Positions 27,812 to 41,097 of a DNA stretch of 51,223 bases are shown piece after piece. The position numbers were made by a program, and so were the translations under genes. The DNA is from Cirrosporium novae-zelandiae (lineage: Eukaryota). How positions within the stretch are numbered: position 1 is the first letter of the stretch; every line of letters begins with the position of its first letter. The DNA lies in the NCBI GenBank assembly GCA_026023565.1, contig JAPETS010000002.1, positions 1,426,001 to 1,477,223 of the forward strand, read 5' to 3'. The notes beneath the pieces were generated by a model, which worked only from the letters and a program-made list of their open reading frames with translations, was not told the origin of the DNA and searched no databases.

Positions 27812-27980
27812 ATAGTCTGAATACTTCCATTGTTACTTACCTTCTCCCTTTTCTATATTCTCCAGAGTAGCAGACTTGTTCCTCTATGTAAGTCATTGGC
27901 AGAAGGTTGCGCGTACTATTCTCAAGATATAGAGCTGACTACTACGAGTATAGCAAGCTTTAAGACGGAGTATACATATC

Positions 27981-28413
27981 ATGAAGTCTCTTACCTTTAT
28001 GGCCTGCGTCGCTGCTTGTGCAATTGTCCATGCCAAATCCGCTGAGAAGCGTTCTGACAGTTGGATTGCAAGCTTCTGGAGCGTATGTACTAAGCTTCTC
28101 TTGCCTTTTCCCGTTGTCCCACATCTATCCTACTAACTTGATTGCATCTGTATAAACTGATTCCCTTCATGAATAGGATAAATATTCCTGCGATGGTGAT
28201 AACCAAAAATTCACGGGCAATGGCGTCAGGGCTTGTAGTGCAATCTCGGGCGTGTACTGTGTAGATGGAAGTACTGATGAATACAGTGGGTTGACAATTA
28301 GAGCGTATGGGTCTTCTGACTGCACAGGCGATTATACCACCTCTGATTCGTACGTACTGTATGAAAATGGAGATGATCAGGAATTTAATAGCTGGGAGGT
28401 TTGCAGTTGCTAA
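27981..28413 (+). CDS. Small secreted cysteine-rich protein (112 aa, two exons; not in the ORF track)
   Basis: Exon 1 27981-28082 MKSLTFMACVAACAIVHAKSAEKRSDSWIASFWS; intron 28083-28176 (GTATGT...TACTAAC...TAG); exon 2 28177-28413 DKYSCDGDNQKFTGNGVRACSAISGVYCVDGSTDEYSGLTIRAYGSSDCTGDYTTSDSYVLYENGDDQEFNSWEVCSC*. Signal peptide, KR (Kex2-type) site, 6 Cys in the mature part. Confidence 0.8.
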
Positions 28414-29491
28414 GTAAACGTAACCCGAGATAAGGCATAATGGGTTCGATGCAGTATACTGGTACAAGAGAGAAATTAGCCATGACAAGTAGAAGTGCTA
28501 TGAGAAGTCATTTCAAACCTGTATTTATCGACTACAACAAAAGCTTTGTTACCATCATCCATAAATTCAGCAGACCTAGTGCTCTTTAGCTTTGATTGTA
28601 GGTTGTGCAGCCATAAGATCCGTTGATGTATGGATAGCTGTGGGTTTGGACAAGGAGATCGAGATAGTTCGGCTGAGCTATCGAGACCCTTCGACCCCTC
28701 ATCTCCAACAATCTTGTCCCTCCTCTTGCCAACTACCATCACAAGAGTGCACACTTGATCCTTAATGAAAACATAATTATGAACTAAAATCTCTACAGAA
28801 GAACACAAGGACCCATTTATGGCTGATGATACTTTCTTATCTCTCTAGTTTCTATCGCCAAAGAAATGTGGCAAAGATCTGTACCATATCCTCTCAAAAT
28901 ATCCTCCCACTAATTCCTTGACATTGTTCCACTCCTCATAAATTGTACTTCTTTCCTTTTCTAATAGTATTTGAAGCTAATATGTTAGTTCTCATGTCAC
29001 CTGTCGGACGCATACATCATATCTATCTATCTATATATATATATGGCACAGCCCATTTGAAGAATACAAGTTCAATTTCATAAGGAGCAACTAATCCCCT
29101 TCCTTTTCGGATTTTGTAACTTGTGCGTTTGCTATAACCGGACCATTGTTGAAACTCACCGATATGTGCGTCTAGCAGTTATAACTCATCAGTTAAAGGC
29201 TATAGCGGCTAAGCCCCACAGCAATCTGAGACCTCCCTATGAGCTTCACAGAACTACGATGGTCACCGATTTTTCTAACAGTACTGTGCATAGCCCTAGT
29301 GATACCGATTCCTGCATCTACTGCTTGGGATTAATCCTACCGAGATCAGATTGCGACCCACTACTGTGTAGTATCGGATACAAGACCCGTGAAGAAATTA
29401 GTCTGACTCAACGAACAGCTCGATGCCCCAAGGCTGGATGAGTCTGGATTTAGCACACCTGTTAAAGATGAAGATCTAAAACTACGTTATT

Positions 29492-29527
29492 CATAACAAC
29501 GTCCATAACAACGTCCATAACAACGCT
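29492..29527. repeat. 12-bp tandem repeat x3 (CATAACAACGTC)
   Basis: Directly visible. Confidence 0.85.
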
Positions 29528-29746
29528 CCATACTGTGAAGGTCTTAAAACAGAAAGCTATATACCTGAGATCTAAGTGCTTAATTATAACTAGTTCTTGT
29601 AATAGGCCGATGCTGCTCGTATCGAAGACGGAAGTGGAATATTTATAATTGATCTTAACTACAAAGCTCTCTAGCAACCCCAGACTATGAACATGAATAC
29701 CCATGGAAGATCTAAGCTGAGTGGTTGGAAATGATGCTAGACAAAT

Positions 29747-30768
29747 CTATGGAATGGAACCAGGCAACTCCGATGCCTCCCCATGCATTGCCTTGAACAA
29801 TGGTTCCCAAACTGTGGTTGCTCTCTTGGTAATACGACCATTTCTTGCTGTCGGCAGCTCATAAAACAAAAGTTTTTTAGCTGAACACTCGAGTGCTTTC
29901 CCTATCATGGTATCGTCGTCAAGAAATTTGTCAAAAGCCGTCAAGACTGTCGAAACAGGTGTGATACTGCAAGTCTCCATTAGCCACTTTCTTTTCATCA
30001 TCATTATCTTCTACTTCTGCTTATAGAGAAGAAGAAGAAGCAAAGCCACGTACCATTCGGGTGTTACAGCAGCTATCATCTCGGGAGGAACGATGGGCGT
30101 CGCCACGATACCAGGCAAGACAATATTGACCGAGATATTATCCTTGGTCTTTAACAATGGAGCAACACCTCTCACAAACTGTATCACAGCTGCCTTTGCT
30201 CCACAATATTCTGGATAAGCCCTGTGTGGAAATATTCCTCCAATGCTGGCGGTAACAATCACCTTTCCTCCAGGAACCTTGTTATGTCGCATATAATGGA
30301 TTGCAAGCTGCGTGCCATATACCACACCTTTATAATCTATATCTGTGCATGAAAGATCTGGCTCCGGAGGAACTTCCTCCACACTCTTTCCCCTCCAGTC
30401 GAATAGGTATATAGAGCTGCGATCCACTATCCCAGCATTTGCACAGAGAACATCGATACGACCCCAAGTTTTCCACACGTTACTGAACATTTGTGCCTGG
30501 CTAGCATAGTCGGATACATCTGCACGGAAGAATTTCGCATTTCGACCTAGGGAGTCGGCGAGCTTTTCACCTATTTCCTTTCGACGGCCCACGCAGGCTA
30601 CCTTCCAGCCACGAGAGATGAGGTGCCTAGTGAGATCAACTCCTATGCCGGACTGAATAAATATACATAATCTTGTCAGTGTACTTGAACTTCAGGTATC
30701 GATTAAGCATTGGCAGAGCTAACCGTTGCACCTGTCACAATTGCAACCTTTTCTGGTATTGGAGTCAT
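29747..30768 (-). CDS. Short-chain dehydrogenase/reductase (15-hydroxyprostaglandin dehydrogenase-like subgroup)
   Basis: MTPIPEKVAIVTGAT|SGIG (TGxxxGIG across an intron), GRIDVLCANAGI, catalytic YCGAK (YxxxK), VNIVLPGIVATP; final exon ends at 29747. Confidence 0.92.
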
Positions 30769-31849
30769 TATTTATCGTGACCAAAGCACTTTGAATTATG
30801 TTAAACGAACGATGAAGGAGATTTTCTATATTAGTAGAGACACTCGTGAGCAGGAGACAATTTCAACGAGGAGCCGAGGATGGACTAGTTGCAATATTCA
30901 TTCCTATGATTAGGAGCAACAACCCAAGAAGACTAGATTCACAATGCCGCGGTCCTGTACTGTACTGTACTATCTAAGGTATTTCGATCATCTCCTGAAA
31001 TCTGTGGATTAATGACCTGGGTCTAACAGTGCACATGTTGTATAGCGAGACTGGAATTGTGGAGCCCGAACGGCACAATGTGCAATGATCTCTTGACTGC
31101 TTTGTTAAAGATTGTGGGCAGATTACAGAAGTTTGTTCATGGGATTTATCAGGAACGAGTGAATACGCACTGGATAGAATTAGTGGACCCGCTACTACAA
31201 GGATTTTCTTACGTTCACCATGCATATCACGTCGCGCACATACCTCGCATACTGACGAGTGCGGTCCACATAGGCTTTGAAGCCTGACTAAAGAGTAGCT
31301 TAAAGTATAACCCTGGTCCAACCACCCGGATCGTCCCATACCAAGACCCGGCTAGCTGGACATCCCAACCTAAAAAGAAACGTCCAACTTTACTTTGCCG
31401 CAGCCCCTAGAGCTCTACGAGACTAGAACCGTTGAAACTTATCAGTACGGTAGATTTGTTGCCAAAACCGTTAGGAAAACACGAGGATACATATTGACCA
31501 GCGAGTCGAACTGCATGATATCAAGTACAACCTTGTATCGTTAGCGAATAGTAACAACTCCTTACCGAGATCTCAGGGGCTTCAGCCTCAAGCTTGCCGA
31601 GCTACCGCTTATGTTACAGTGACACCGGTGACAGCCGCAGCGCAGTAAGTTCTACCGTGTTTGCTGTTACTTTGCGGGCTTGCCGTTTGATAGTTGAGTT
31701 TTACAATGACGGGATCGATAGCCTTTAATGCGGCACATTCAGTCAACCTTATTATATGGAGTATAATTGTATAAGACTTTGCCGCTTAATTACATAATAC
31801 CTATTCTACTCCACTTCCCTTGATCCCCTTGATCCCACCGTGACCCCAG

Positions 31850-31891
31850 TCTAGCACGTCTAGCACGTTTAGTACATCTAGCACATCTAGC
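31850..31891. repeat. Imperfect 9-bp tandem repeat (TCTAGCACR) x~5
   Basis: Directly visible. Confidence 0.8.
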
Positions 31892-32708
31892 TATCAGTCC
31901 ATCTTTCTCGAATGCTCATCTATGATGATTCCTACAGGATTTAAAATACCTAGAAGCTAAATAATACCTTGCATGAACCCCAGAGTAATAGTGCCTAACT
32001 GCCGTATTTCTGGCCACGTTGGGCGCTTGAATGCTGGTGCAAAGTGTAAACTTTACTCAACATCTATCCGATACAATACCGGCCTGTCCTTGCTATTAAT
32101 AACAGCTTTGATAATAAAATCGTTGAAGACTGTTCATCACATTGATATTGAAGATGGCTATGCCTATCTTGTAGTGGTGTTGCTATCTGCAATATCTTCA
32201 TCACGTACTATTGCGGAAGTGATCATCTTTACACAACCATGGCGTCTTGTGTCTTGCACTGCATCTTACGCATTCGATGCAAGCACTTCAACACTGCAAG
32301 GGGAGAAAAGGGGAAGACCTAGAATGAGTTTCGGACGATAACGCCAATTTCACTGCTTTGATCCACATCTTGATCCATTCGTGGGTAATTACGAGTCCCA
32401 TGGCTCAATCACAATGCATCGATCCTATCACCATGAACCTGAGAACCTCTTCACCCGGCTCCCAAGGGGGTCCTTGCTCTGAAAATCTGTGGATAATGGT
32501 ACCTGGTATCACTGAGCCCTAATCTATGCAAAAGGACCTCGGCTTGTGGAGGGTGAATTTGACAGATTTTCGCCATCAAGTCCAACACGGGAGAACCTAT
32601 ATGAGTCCCGACCTTCTAGATGCCCTCTTCATGCTTCATTGTTCTCTGCAACCAGTTGTCTGATAATTTTTGACATATGAGTCCTGGAGGCTTTGGGTCC
32701 CTGACATA

Positions 32709-34292
32709 ATGACTTATTCTTTAACAGCAGAAGTTTTTGCTGAATATGGCATTGGCATAGCAACTTTGCTATTGCGTTTCTATGCTCGGTTTAGAGTGGT
32801 CGGGATCCGAAATTTTGGATGGGATGATTTCTTTACCGTATCTGCAATTGTCTGTCTAAGCATATCATCTTTACCGAGAAGCTTACTGACCTGGAATTAT
32901 CCAAGTAGATATTTTGGTCACTCCAGAGCGCTTTTATACAGTTGATGGGTACTATTAATCCACCCCTAACCCACTCCAATTCACCCCAATTCACTTCAAC
33001 CCACTGTCTTAATCCATTCTCCTACTATGTTGTTGCTGTATACCGGACCAGACTAATATTTATTTCCTGGGTAGGAATATATGGGACTACCATTGGTCTC
33101 ACCACAGAAACTGCGGAGGAGGTTCCTGAAAGCGAGGTTCCAAACCTACGGTTAGGCGCCAAGTTTGCTTTTCAGAACTGGCTGTACTATTTATGCCTCA
33201 TCTGGTCCCTCAAGGGGATACTTTTGGTTTTGTTCACCAGACTCACGTATGTTTTATCTACTCTTCCATATCATTTCTTGTGTCTCGAGACTAATCATTA
33301 TAGGCTGGGTCTATGGCAGCATAAGATGGCCAACATTATGAGATATGTCGCTATATTGACATGGCTCACTTGCATGCTATTTCATATATGTCTATGCACT
33401 CCAGCCTACAGGAACTGGCAAGTCAAGCCTTATCCAGGAGGTAAATCTGCAACCCACGGCCAAAACTTTACCTAGAGATATTTCGCTAACTGAAACTTGA
33501 GTGAAGACAACTGCACTTTACGCAAACCGAATTACGTTGTTATTGCCGTATTGAATATTTGGTGAGTGATTGCAGTCAATGAGAACCGATAATACGTCGA
33601 ACCCGGCATTGTGGCTAGAGTAGCTGACAATGAGACCAAGCACCGACCTGGGTATCCTTATCATCCCATTCCCTCTTCTCTTTGCTGCCAAAATCCCACT
33701 CTACCGCAAATTGATTCTGGGTGTTCTTTTTTCGTCTGGTGTCTTTGTCATGATTGCCGTTATTCTCCGCACCTATTATTCTCTGAGAAGCATCGAGGAC
33801 CTGAACACCGCCCTGGGATGGGCATCACGGGAAGTTCTCGTCTCCACCTTTGCTGTATGCGTACCAGCAATCAAACCACTCTTCAATACGAGTCGCTGGA
33901 TCTCGTCTAGCAATAAGTCTTCAAAGAAAACCCCTGGCTATGGTACTTCTGCACGTTCTGGGAACATATTCCCATGGTCCAATCCCAAAAGTGGAAATAC
34001 CACCACCATTAGTGGTACCGATGATCGTGGCCGACAATTCGAACTCGGTTCCGTTGGATGGTCTAGACGACAAGGTAACCGGCGTCTTTCTTCTGTAGAG
34101 AGTTCGGAACGCATCATAAAGACCGAGGGGACCAATGAAACCGCATTCACCGAAAGCAATGATCAAAAGATTCATGTCACTACTGATGTCAGCCTTACTA
34201 CTGACGATGGGAATGATGGAAGTCCCCAAGCTGTGGAGAGGCGTGAATTTATCGGATCAAAATATCCGGGTCACCCACAGGATCAAGTATGA
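32709..34292 (+). CDS. PTH11-like / fungal rhodopsin-domain integral membrane protein without CFEM (multi-exon)
   Basis: LLLRFYAR...FGWDDFF, LIWSLKGILLVLFTRL, LCTPAYRNWQVKPYPG, TDLGILIIPFPLL...RKLILGVLFSSGVFVMIAVILR, GWASREVLV...VCVPAIKPLF; Ser/Gly-rich cytoplasmic tail. Confidence 0.88.
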
Positions 34293-35932
34293 GTTTAATG
34301 ATTTCAATCATATCTTTTATATTTCTGGATACACAATTGGGTTTGGGGAACATGAAAATGGAAGGCATGGAAGGTATGGGAAACATGGGATGTGAAGTGC
34401 AATAATCAAAGTGCTTCGAAACCGATCTTTTGTACAAATTAACTAGTATATATATATTACTTTGTCCTTTTCTTCAAGGAAACGAAAATAGGTCATAGTC
34501 TTGTTATCATTTTTTCTACATTCCATGATATCTGGGGCCGTTTTGACATTTCGTCTATGCTGGACTTGGCTCTCTAAGTCTACACAACCACAAGTCATGA
34601 TAAATGATAGCATTCAACGTTGATTACATGTCTAGTGTCAATATCCTTGTTTGACTTTTTTTTTTAAAAAAAAACAATGGCTCTAGGAAAGTATCGAATA
34701 TCGTCCTGATCAAAATAGTAAGAACCGAACTACTTGTAATTTTGGTAGCATAATATGCATTATTCAATTGAAATATATCCAGGATACTTACAGTAGTTGC
34801 ATGAATGAAGGAAGTTGGGTTGAAACTTTGAAGTGCATACAAGAATTTGGGACGGGCTTGAGGTTACTGTGTACCCGGCTTCCCCGTAAACGAGATGTAC
34901 TGTACCAATGGGAGTAAAATGCTTCCTCGGTAAATGGAAATGAAAACGACCCAGACCAAAACCAAGACCAGACCAAACGCAAAGGTGGAACCGGAAAATG
35001 CGTGATCTTGGGGCGGCAGAGAGAATTGATTTTTGATAACCATTTAATTTGAAGGCCTTACTAAAGCCGGAGGGACAAAAATTAATTGTAAATATATATC
35101 AATTGATTTTGTTGGAAAGCTTCCCTAAGGTCAATTTTTTTCTGGGTTCGTTTTTTTTTGGGTCTAGTTACTTTTATTTTTGTTTATCGAAGTAGGTTTA
35201 CTAGACTATCAGATTTATTAATTAAAGTGAGCGTGAAGTTGCCCACAGTAATTAGGAGGATTTGACATGGGCAAAAAACCATTCCCCACAAAAAAAAATA
35301 ACCGTGCATCCGGATCACAACTACTCGAACACTTAGTACACATTAGTGTAATATATTAATCAAACGACCAGGATCAATTCACGTGCTTGTAGCTCATTAC
35401 CCTGATAAGTAATTTCCTTACTATGTTTCGCTTTCTAACTTTGATCCCTACTTCTTACGACAACCAGCGTGCTCGTTGACTTGGAAATTTTAAATTCACA
35501 ATCCTAACCCTTTCAACCCGCTTCTGTCTTCCTCCAGCACCTGGGTCCACTGAGATTCCATGCCGTGCACCGGCTCGTGCTATTTGGAATGTATAGCTAG
35601 ATTCATAGTTAGGCCATGCAGTAATAGTGCACAGCAATAGTGCATAACAATAGTGCATAGCTATGGTATAATAGAGCACACTATTCTTCTAATACAGGCA
35701 GTATTACCCTCAATATCAGGTGTCCCGATAACCTAAGGATATCTGTTCCAAATGGGAAAGAGAACTGAATGCGGGGCCTATCCCCATACTGTTACTGAAC
35801 TCCCCTGATAGTCTTGCTATCAAAACATGCGCATATCCTAGTAATCAAGATCTTACTTATGACCCTCTGACCCTGCTGAACCTGTAAACCCGAGGCTCTT
35901 CAAGTTGAACACTCGTTTCTGAACCTCACAGG

Positions 35933-38350
35933 ATGGCCGAAACAGGACAACACTCGTCGATCGAGGAGAAGGTTATTCACGACGTTGAGTCTGAGGTGAA
36001 GACTCCAGGTTCTGACAGCAGCGATGAGAAGGACCTGGACCCTGTCGTGACTTTCAAGACGTGGGTAGTCGCCATGGTCAGCAACCGTCAACACCCACAG
36101 CATTAAACTGTCCTCGCTAAGTGTTAATAGATCTTGTCAATTGGTTATGGTCTATCCTTTTGGCCCATCCCAACAGTAGCTGCTATTGGAACCATGGTTT
36201 CTAGCGATATGGGACAGCCAAGTGGCTATATCTGGTTTATTCCGGTATGACCTCTAGCCGATGATCTCCTATAGATCTTGTTCAAGGCTTGATGCTAAGT
36301 TTTATCTCTCAGGCTTGGACCATAGCGATCACGATAGGCTTTATGATATTGTTGGTGTCATCGACTCTTTTTATTTCAATTGACTAACTTGGTCTAGCGG
36401 TCCAAACACTGATCTTCTTGGACGTCGCTGGTTCCTGGTCCTGGGAAATTTGGTACCGATTCTTCGAATCCATTTTATTTCACAACCGTTGACATTGATA
36501 GGTTTGCACAGTTGGTCATATTGTGGTCGGGGTCTCAAAGAATACCAATACTATTATTGGAGGGCTAGCAGTTGCCGGTCTCGGTGCAGCCAATTCTCAA
36601 GTTTGTCTTCTCATGACTGATATTTTGTATCCTGCTGAGTGGCTATAGATGGTAGCATTCGCCCTACCTGAGCTTCTCCCCAACAAGTGGAGGCACATAG
36701 GTGTTGTCATTGCCGACGCTACTGTATATGTTGCTGTTATCGTCGCCCCAGTCACTGCAAGATATGGGTATGAATCTGGTACTTGGAGATGGAACTTTTA
36801 TGGTCCAGCCATTTTTCAGTTTCTCTCTTTCGTCGGTTTATTGCTTTTTTACTTTCCTCCTGCTCATCCGTAAGGTCCTATCTTGTCGCTAATCCCTTTA
36901 CGCTTCTGACACGTACGACAGTAATGGCTTGGCTCTCTCACAAGTGATTAGAGAGATTGACTATCTTGGTATGTATCCCTCCTTTCAGTGAATAGCAAAT
37001 GGAAAATAGCGAATAGCGAATAGGGAATAGTGGATAGTGAATCAGTCAATCATCAAACTCATACTGACGCCTTGATATAGGCGCTGTTCTCTTTATGATC
37101 GGAGCGGTTCCAGCCCTGATGGGTATTGTCTGGGCTGGGGTCTATTCCTCATCAGATGCACATGTGGTTGCTCCACTCGTAATTGGATTCTTCTTCCTGA
37201 TCTGTTTTGCTCTCTGGGAGACCTATGGAGGCGCCAAACACCCGCTGACACCAACTTATATCTTTTCATCCTCGTGGGGGAGAGACTTTACTGCCCCTGC
37301 AGTTGCGCTTGCAGTTGTCAACATGTTTTATTACTCCAGTAGTATCCTTTGGCCTTATATGATCACCTACCTCTACACCAACAATGGTGTCAATTGGAAA
37401 TATTCAATCGCTCTGTCATTGCCTCAGGGCTTTGCTATCTTGTTTGGGGCCTTGCTACTGTCAGCATTCGGTAGCAAACTAAAACATTGGCAATGGCAAC
37501 TGACTGGTTCCGTCTTTGTCATGGTGCTTTTTGGATCTCTCCTCGGGATTGTTACCCCTAACAACAAAGGAACCATGATTGCATTCATATTCCTATGCCA
37601 AACAGGTTTTGGGTATGCCCTTTACCTCAGTATCGCACTTTGTCAGATGGGTGTCGAACAAAAGGACCTTGGACTTAGTGGTGGTATTTCGGGAGTCTTT
37701 CGCTTTGCTGCAGGAGCTAGTACGTTATTTCATTGTTTCGTTATTGATCTCGTTCTTCGTTTTTCTTTTGTCATTTCCTCCTGTCCCTCCCTTGCTTTGC
37801 TTCTACATCCATTCCCTACACGCGCCCCCCAAACTCTTCTTCCGACATGGGTTCCTAACAATGATGTAGTTGGCACCGCTGTCTATACCACTATTTTCAA
37901 CAACAAACTCACCGAGTGGTTGGCCAAGCTAGTTCCAAAGGCAGCTATTGCAGCCGGTCTCCCTGAGTCCAAGGTTACCGATCTCATGTCTGCAGTTGGA
38001 ACTAGCGCACTTTCCACTACTTATAGCTCCAAGGTTGTTGCTGCAGTAGACATGGCTGTCAAGAATGCTTACTGTAAAAGTTTCTAGTAAGTTGAGCCAT
38101 CTGTCAACTGACAATGATGTATCTTACTGACTTGCATGCCACTAGCGTTGTCGCTCTCGTCTCAATGGCATTTGGTATTGTCGGAATCATTGCCTGCTTA
38201 TGCTGTAAAGATGTTGACAAGAAGATGAACAACAAGGTATTATATCTTCACTTTGTATCCCTTCAAGTTTCTTGGCTGATCCACTCCCTTTGCTAGATCG
38301 AAGTCTATCTCGAGAACACCGAATTGGCCGACCGGAATAAGTACCATTAA
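35933..38350 (+). CDS. MFS transporter, fungal trichothecene efflux pump (TRI12)-like family, many introns
   Basis: DPVVTFKTWVVAM, LSFWPIP, TDLLGRRWF (MFS motif A-like), LPELLPNKWRHIG, WRWNFY, EIDYLG, C-terminal CKDVDKKMNNK|IEVYLENTELADRNKYH*. Confidence 0.9.
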
Positions 38351-38610
38351 TCATGGCAAACATGGGTAACCGAACGCTTTACGTTGTGGAGGAATGGGTT
38401 CTTGTCATATAACCTTGTATCCTTGCAACATTCCGATAGACGATAATTGAACTTATAACTTGGGAATCTGTCCGAACAATATTGAGCTTGGTACAGCCAT
38501 TCCATCTTTGCACTAATTAGTATTAGAAGCTATAAGACTTGGGACTGTGTGTCAACTGACCTGGGCCGAGATTATAAGATGTCCCGTATGGTTGAATGAA
38601 AACGAGTTGT

Positions 38611-38744
38611 AAGCTTGTGATTGAGACGCTCAGGCTATGCTTTTCGATCCCATCTTGAGTGTCAGGTATATTTCGAACCCATTTGCATCATGGTCTGCAA
38701 AGAGCAGGAAAAGAACATCTTTTAATGTCTCGTCGCGGCTGAGA
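38611..38744 (-). pseudogene. 134-bp dead fragment of the Spo11-like TOPRIM exon
   Basis: 125/134 nt identical by manual alignment to 47382-47515, same orientation. Translates LSRDETLKDVLFLLFADHDANGFEIYLTLKMGSKSIA*ASQSQA (W to stop). Confidence 0.92.
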
Positions 38745-39512
38745 GAAACGATCTATCCGAGGATCACTCTTTTATCATTGGTGCAAATCCACAAATGTTC
38801 CATGAAAGTGATCAGTCGATCCATAGAAGTAGACAGGATTTGTATATGAATTCCCATCTCTTTGTTGTGTATCTAAGGTTGTGTAGTCAAGATTGTACAG
38901 TCAAGGCAACGAGGTCCTGACACACTGGACTCGAGAGATTGCTCATACCGAGCTTGTAAAGGCTTGCGGGAAGGCTTTTAGAGGTATACGGAAAGGCTAG
39001 TAGAAGGACTTAGAAAGATTTGTTGGAGACCTCGGTTCTTACACCTTGGACATGATTGAAATCTAGGCTTTCAGGTCGTCAGCTTGGCAACTAGACCTTA
39101 ACGCGAACAGCACTATTAATGTTTGAACTAAGTGTACCTTGTAACTACTTGGATTCTCAACAAGTTCATAATTCTGATGCTCTAATAAGCACGTTCAACT
39201 TAGAAAGGCGTGAGCGTTGGTCAATTTTAATCGGGCTCGACCAGAAAAGCCGAGTTTAAGAAATAAGAATCAAGATTGCCAACTAAGTCGTAGTCTAGGG
39301 ATTGTCAAGGTGTGGCTTAACGATCGTGCTATCTAAAAACAGTGTGAGGTGCAATCGAATCAATGGTCCAAGTCTGTGGTCTTATTTGTGGTCTCATTAA
39401 TTCAGTGCAGTTCATTAAGCCAACACTCTTCACATGGGCTCGCTTTGGTTTCAGCTCTTAGATCATGCGGTGTTGTTAATTGTGAGCAATGGTTCTCAAT
39501 GAAGTGTAATCA

Positions 39513-41097
39513 TCAGTCGAGTTCCTGAACAAGCCATGGGTCTTCGAGTAGCTCCTTGGCCGTCTTCCTATTTTCTGGAAGCCATTGAAGCATCTTCCTT
39601 ACGAAATTTAGAAAGAGCCGTTTATCTTCTCCTTCAAGAGAAATGACCGAGTCCTGCAACGTGACATGACTTGGAATCAGATCATTGTACATGAACCCAT
39701 CTGAATTGAGAGGTCAGCATTCACTTGTTCGTAAGTGCGGCACGTTTGTGCGACACTTTTCTTTGATAGCCTCGGGGAAGCTTACCTTTGGAGTTGAAGA
39801 AAGGTCCTCTATAATACTCGCGAGGGGTTTGGCAAAGCTTCCCCTCTGGATTTGTAACAGGATGACTCCATTTGATCCCACTTAACTGTTTTTCTCGCTC
39901 AGGGAGTATTTTCGGTGGAGGTCCTAGTAACGCAATCATCTCCGCAAGATGTGCTCGAACGCTGTAGGTTCCTTTGCTAGAACGAATATGTCTGAACAAA
40001 TCTTTGCCTTCTATCATGTTCCAAATCTATATGAGGTAAGCAAAATTCGAGTATATGATAGAAGCTGTATACCAATACACCGAAGTTCCAAATGTCTGCA
40101 CTGTAGGTCTAGCCGGTGCCTAATAGGACTTCTGGGGCATGGAAAAGAGGTGGCTGAATAGGATGTCTGTGAGGTTCCGAACAATTTCCTAATTGTGCCA
40201 TTCCAAAGTCTGCTATTTTCGGTAGGATGCGGAATGACTGAAGTCGTCCAAAATCGTTCTGTGATAAATAGATCGATCGGCCATTATTGATTTTTCGAGG
40301 CATTGGATGTGTAGCGTATCTTTGAACAAAAATTTCAATCACAGATGGGTCCTCGAATCCCGTCAGGATATTGTCCAGCTTAAAATCTAATAAAGTGAGT
40401 CTTAACCAACATTTTAACCAACAGCGACATTAAGCCTAGCTTCAACTCACCTGTGTGGATTATGTGACACTCGGAATGAAGATGGTCGAGCCCCCTCAAA
40501 ATAAATTTCAAATATACTTTGAGAACCACTGGCGGCAGTTTGCCGTTTTCCCAGCGCCGTTGAAACAGCCAGAAAGGCTCTCTCATCGGCTCATAGACGA
40601 GACATACGTGCGTAGCATCTGGCCCCGTAGCTTTGAAACTGTCGAGTAGAGTCCTCACGAACCTGAAGCCATTATGGGATGGATTTGTTCCAAGACGTCG
40701 AGTGATGTTCCGCTCGTGTTTTGCCGCATCTTCGTCGCAACCAGAGATGATCTTTAGAGCTACGTAACGGTTAGAGTTCCACCACCATCTGTAGCAAAGT
40801 TAAAGGGTACGCTTCTAGTCGGCTTAATACATACCTCCAGGTATCTCGAGCGAGCCATACCGTAGAAGTAGAACCCCATCCGACCTTGGCCACAATCCTA
40901 TATCTGCTGTTGAGGAGATCACCTGGGTTAGCTGGATAGAAATATTTAGGATCGTAGCCAGGAATCATCTCCCCTTCTATTGGGACATTAGTTGGGATGA
41001 TCGTTGGTGATTGACTTGCGGACATGGCGCCTATTGGTGTAGGCGGTCGTCGAAGAAGTTGGAGAGCACGGGTGATGAAGAACTTGGAAACCGACAT
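39513..41097 (-). pseudogene. SRPK-like (CMGC) Ser/Thr kinase with a nonsense mutation
   Basis: KVGWGSTSTVWLARD, YVALKI, HTDFKLDN, KIADFG, HAPEVLLGTG*TYSADIWNFG (conserved W position is TAG at 40109-40111), AHLAEMIALLGPPP, RKMLQWLPENRKTAKELLEDPWL. Confidence 0.85.

Noticed and set aside
34620..35450. AT-rich region with poly-T/poly-A dyad and TA-CAGT start, possible MITE
   Set aside because: No matching terminal inverted repeat or target-site duplication found.
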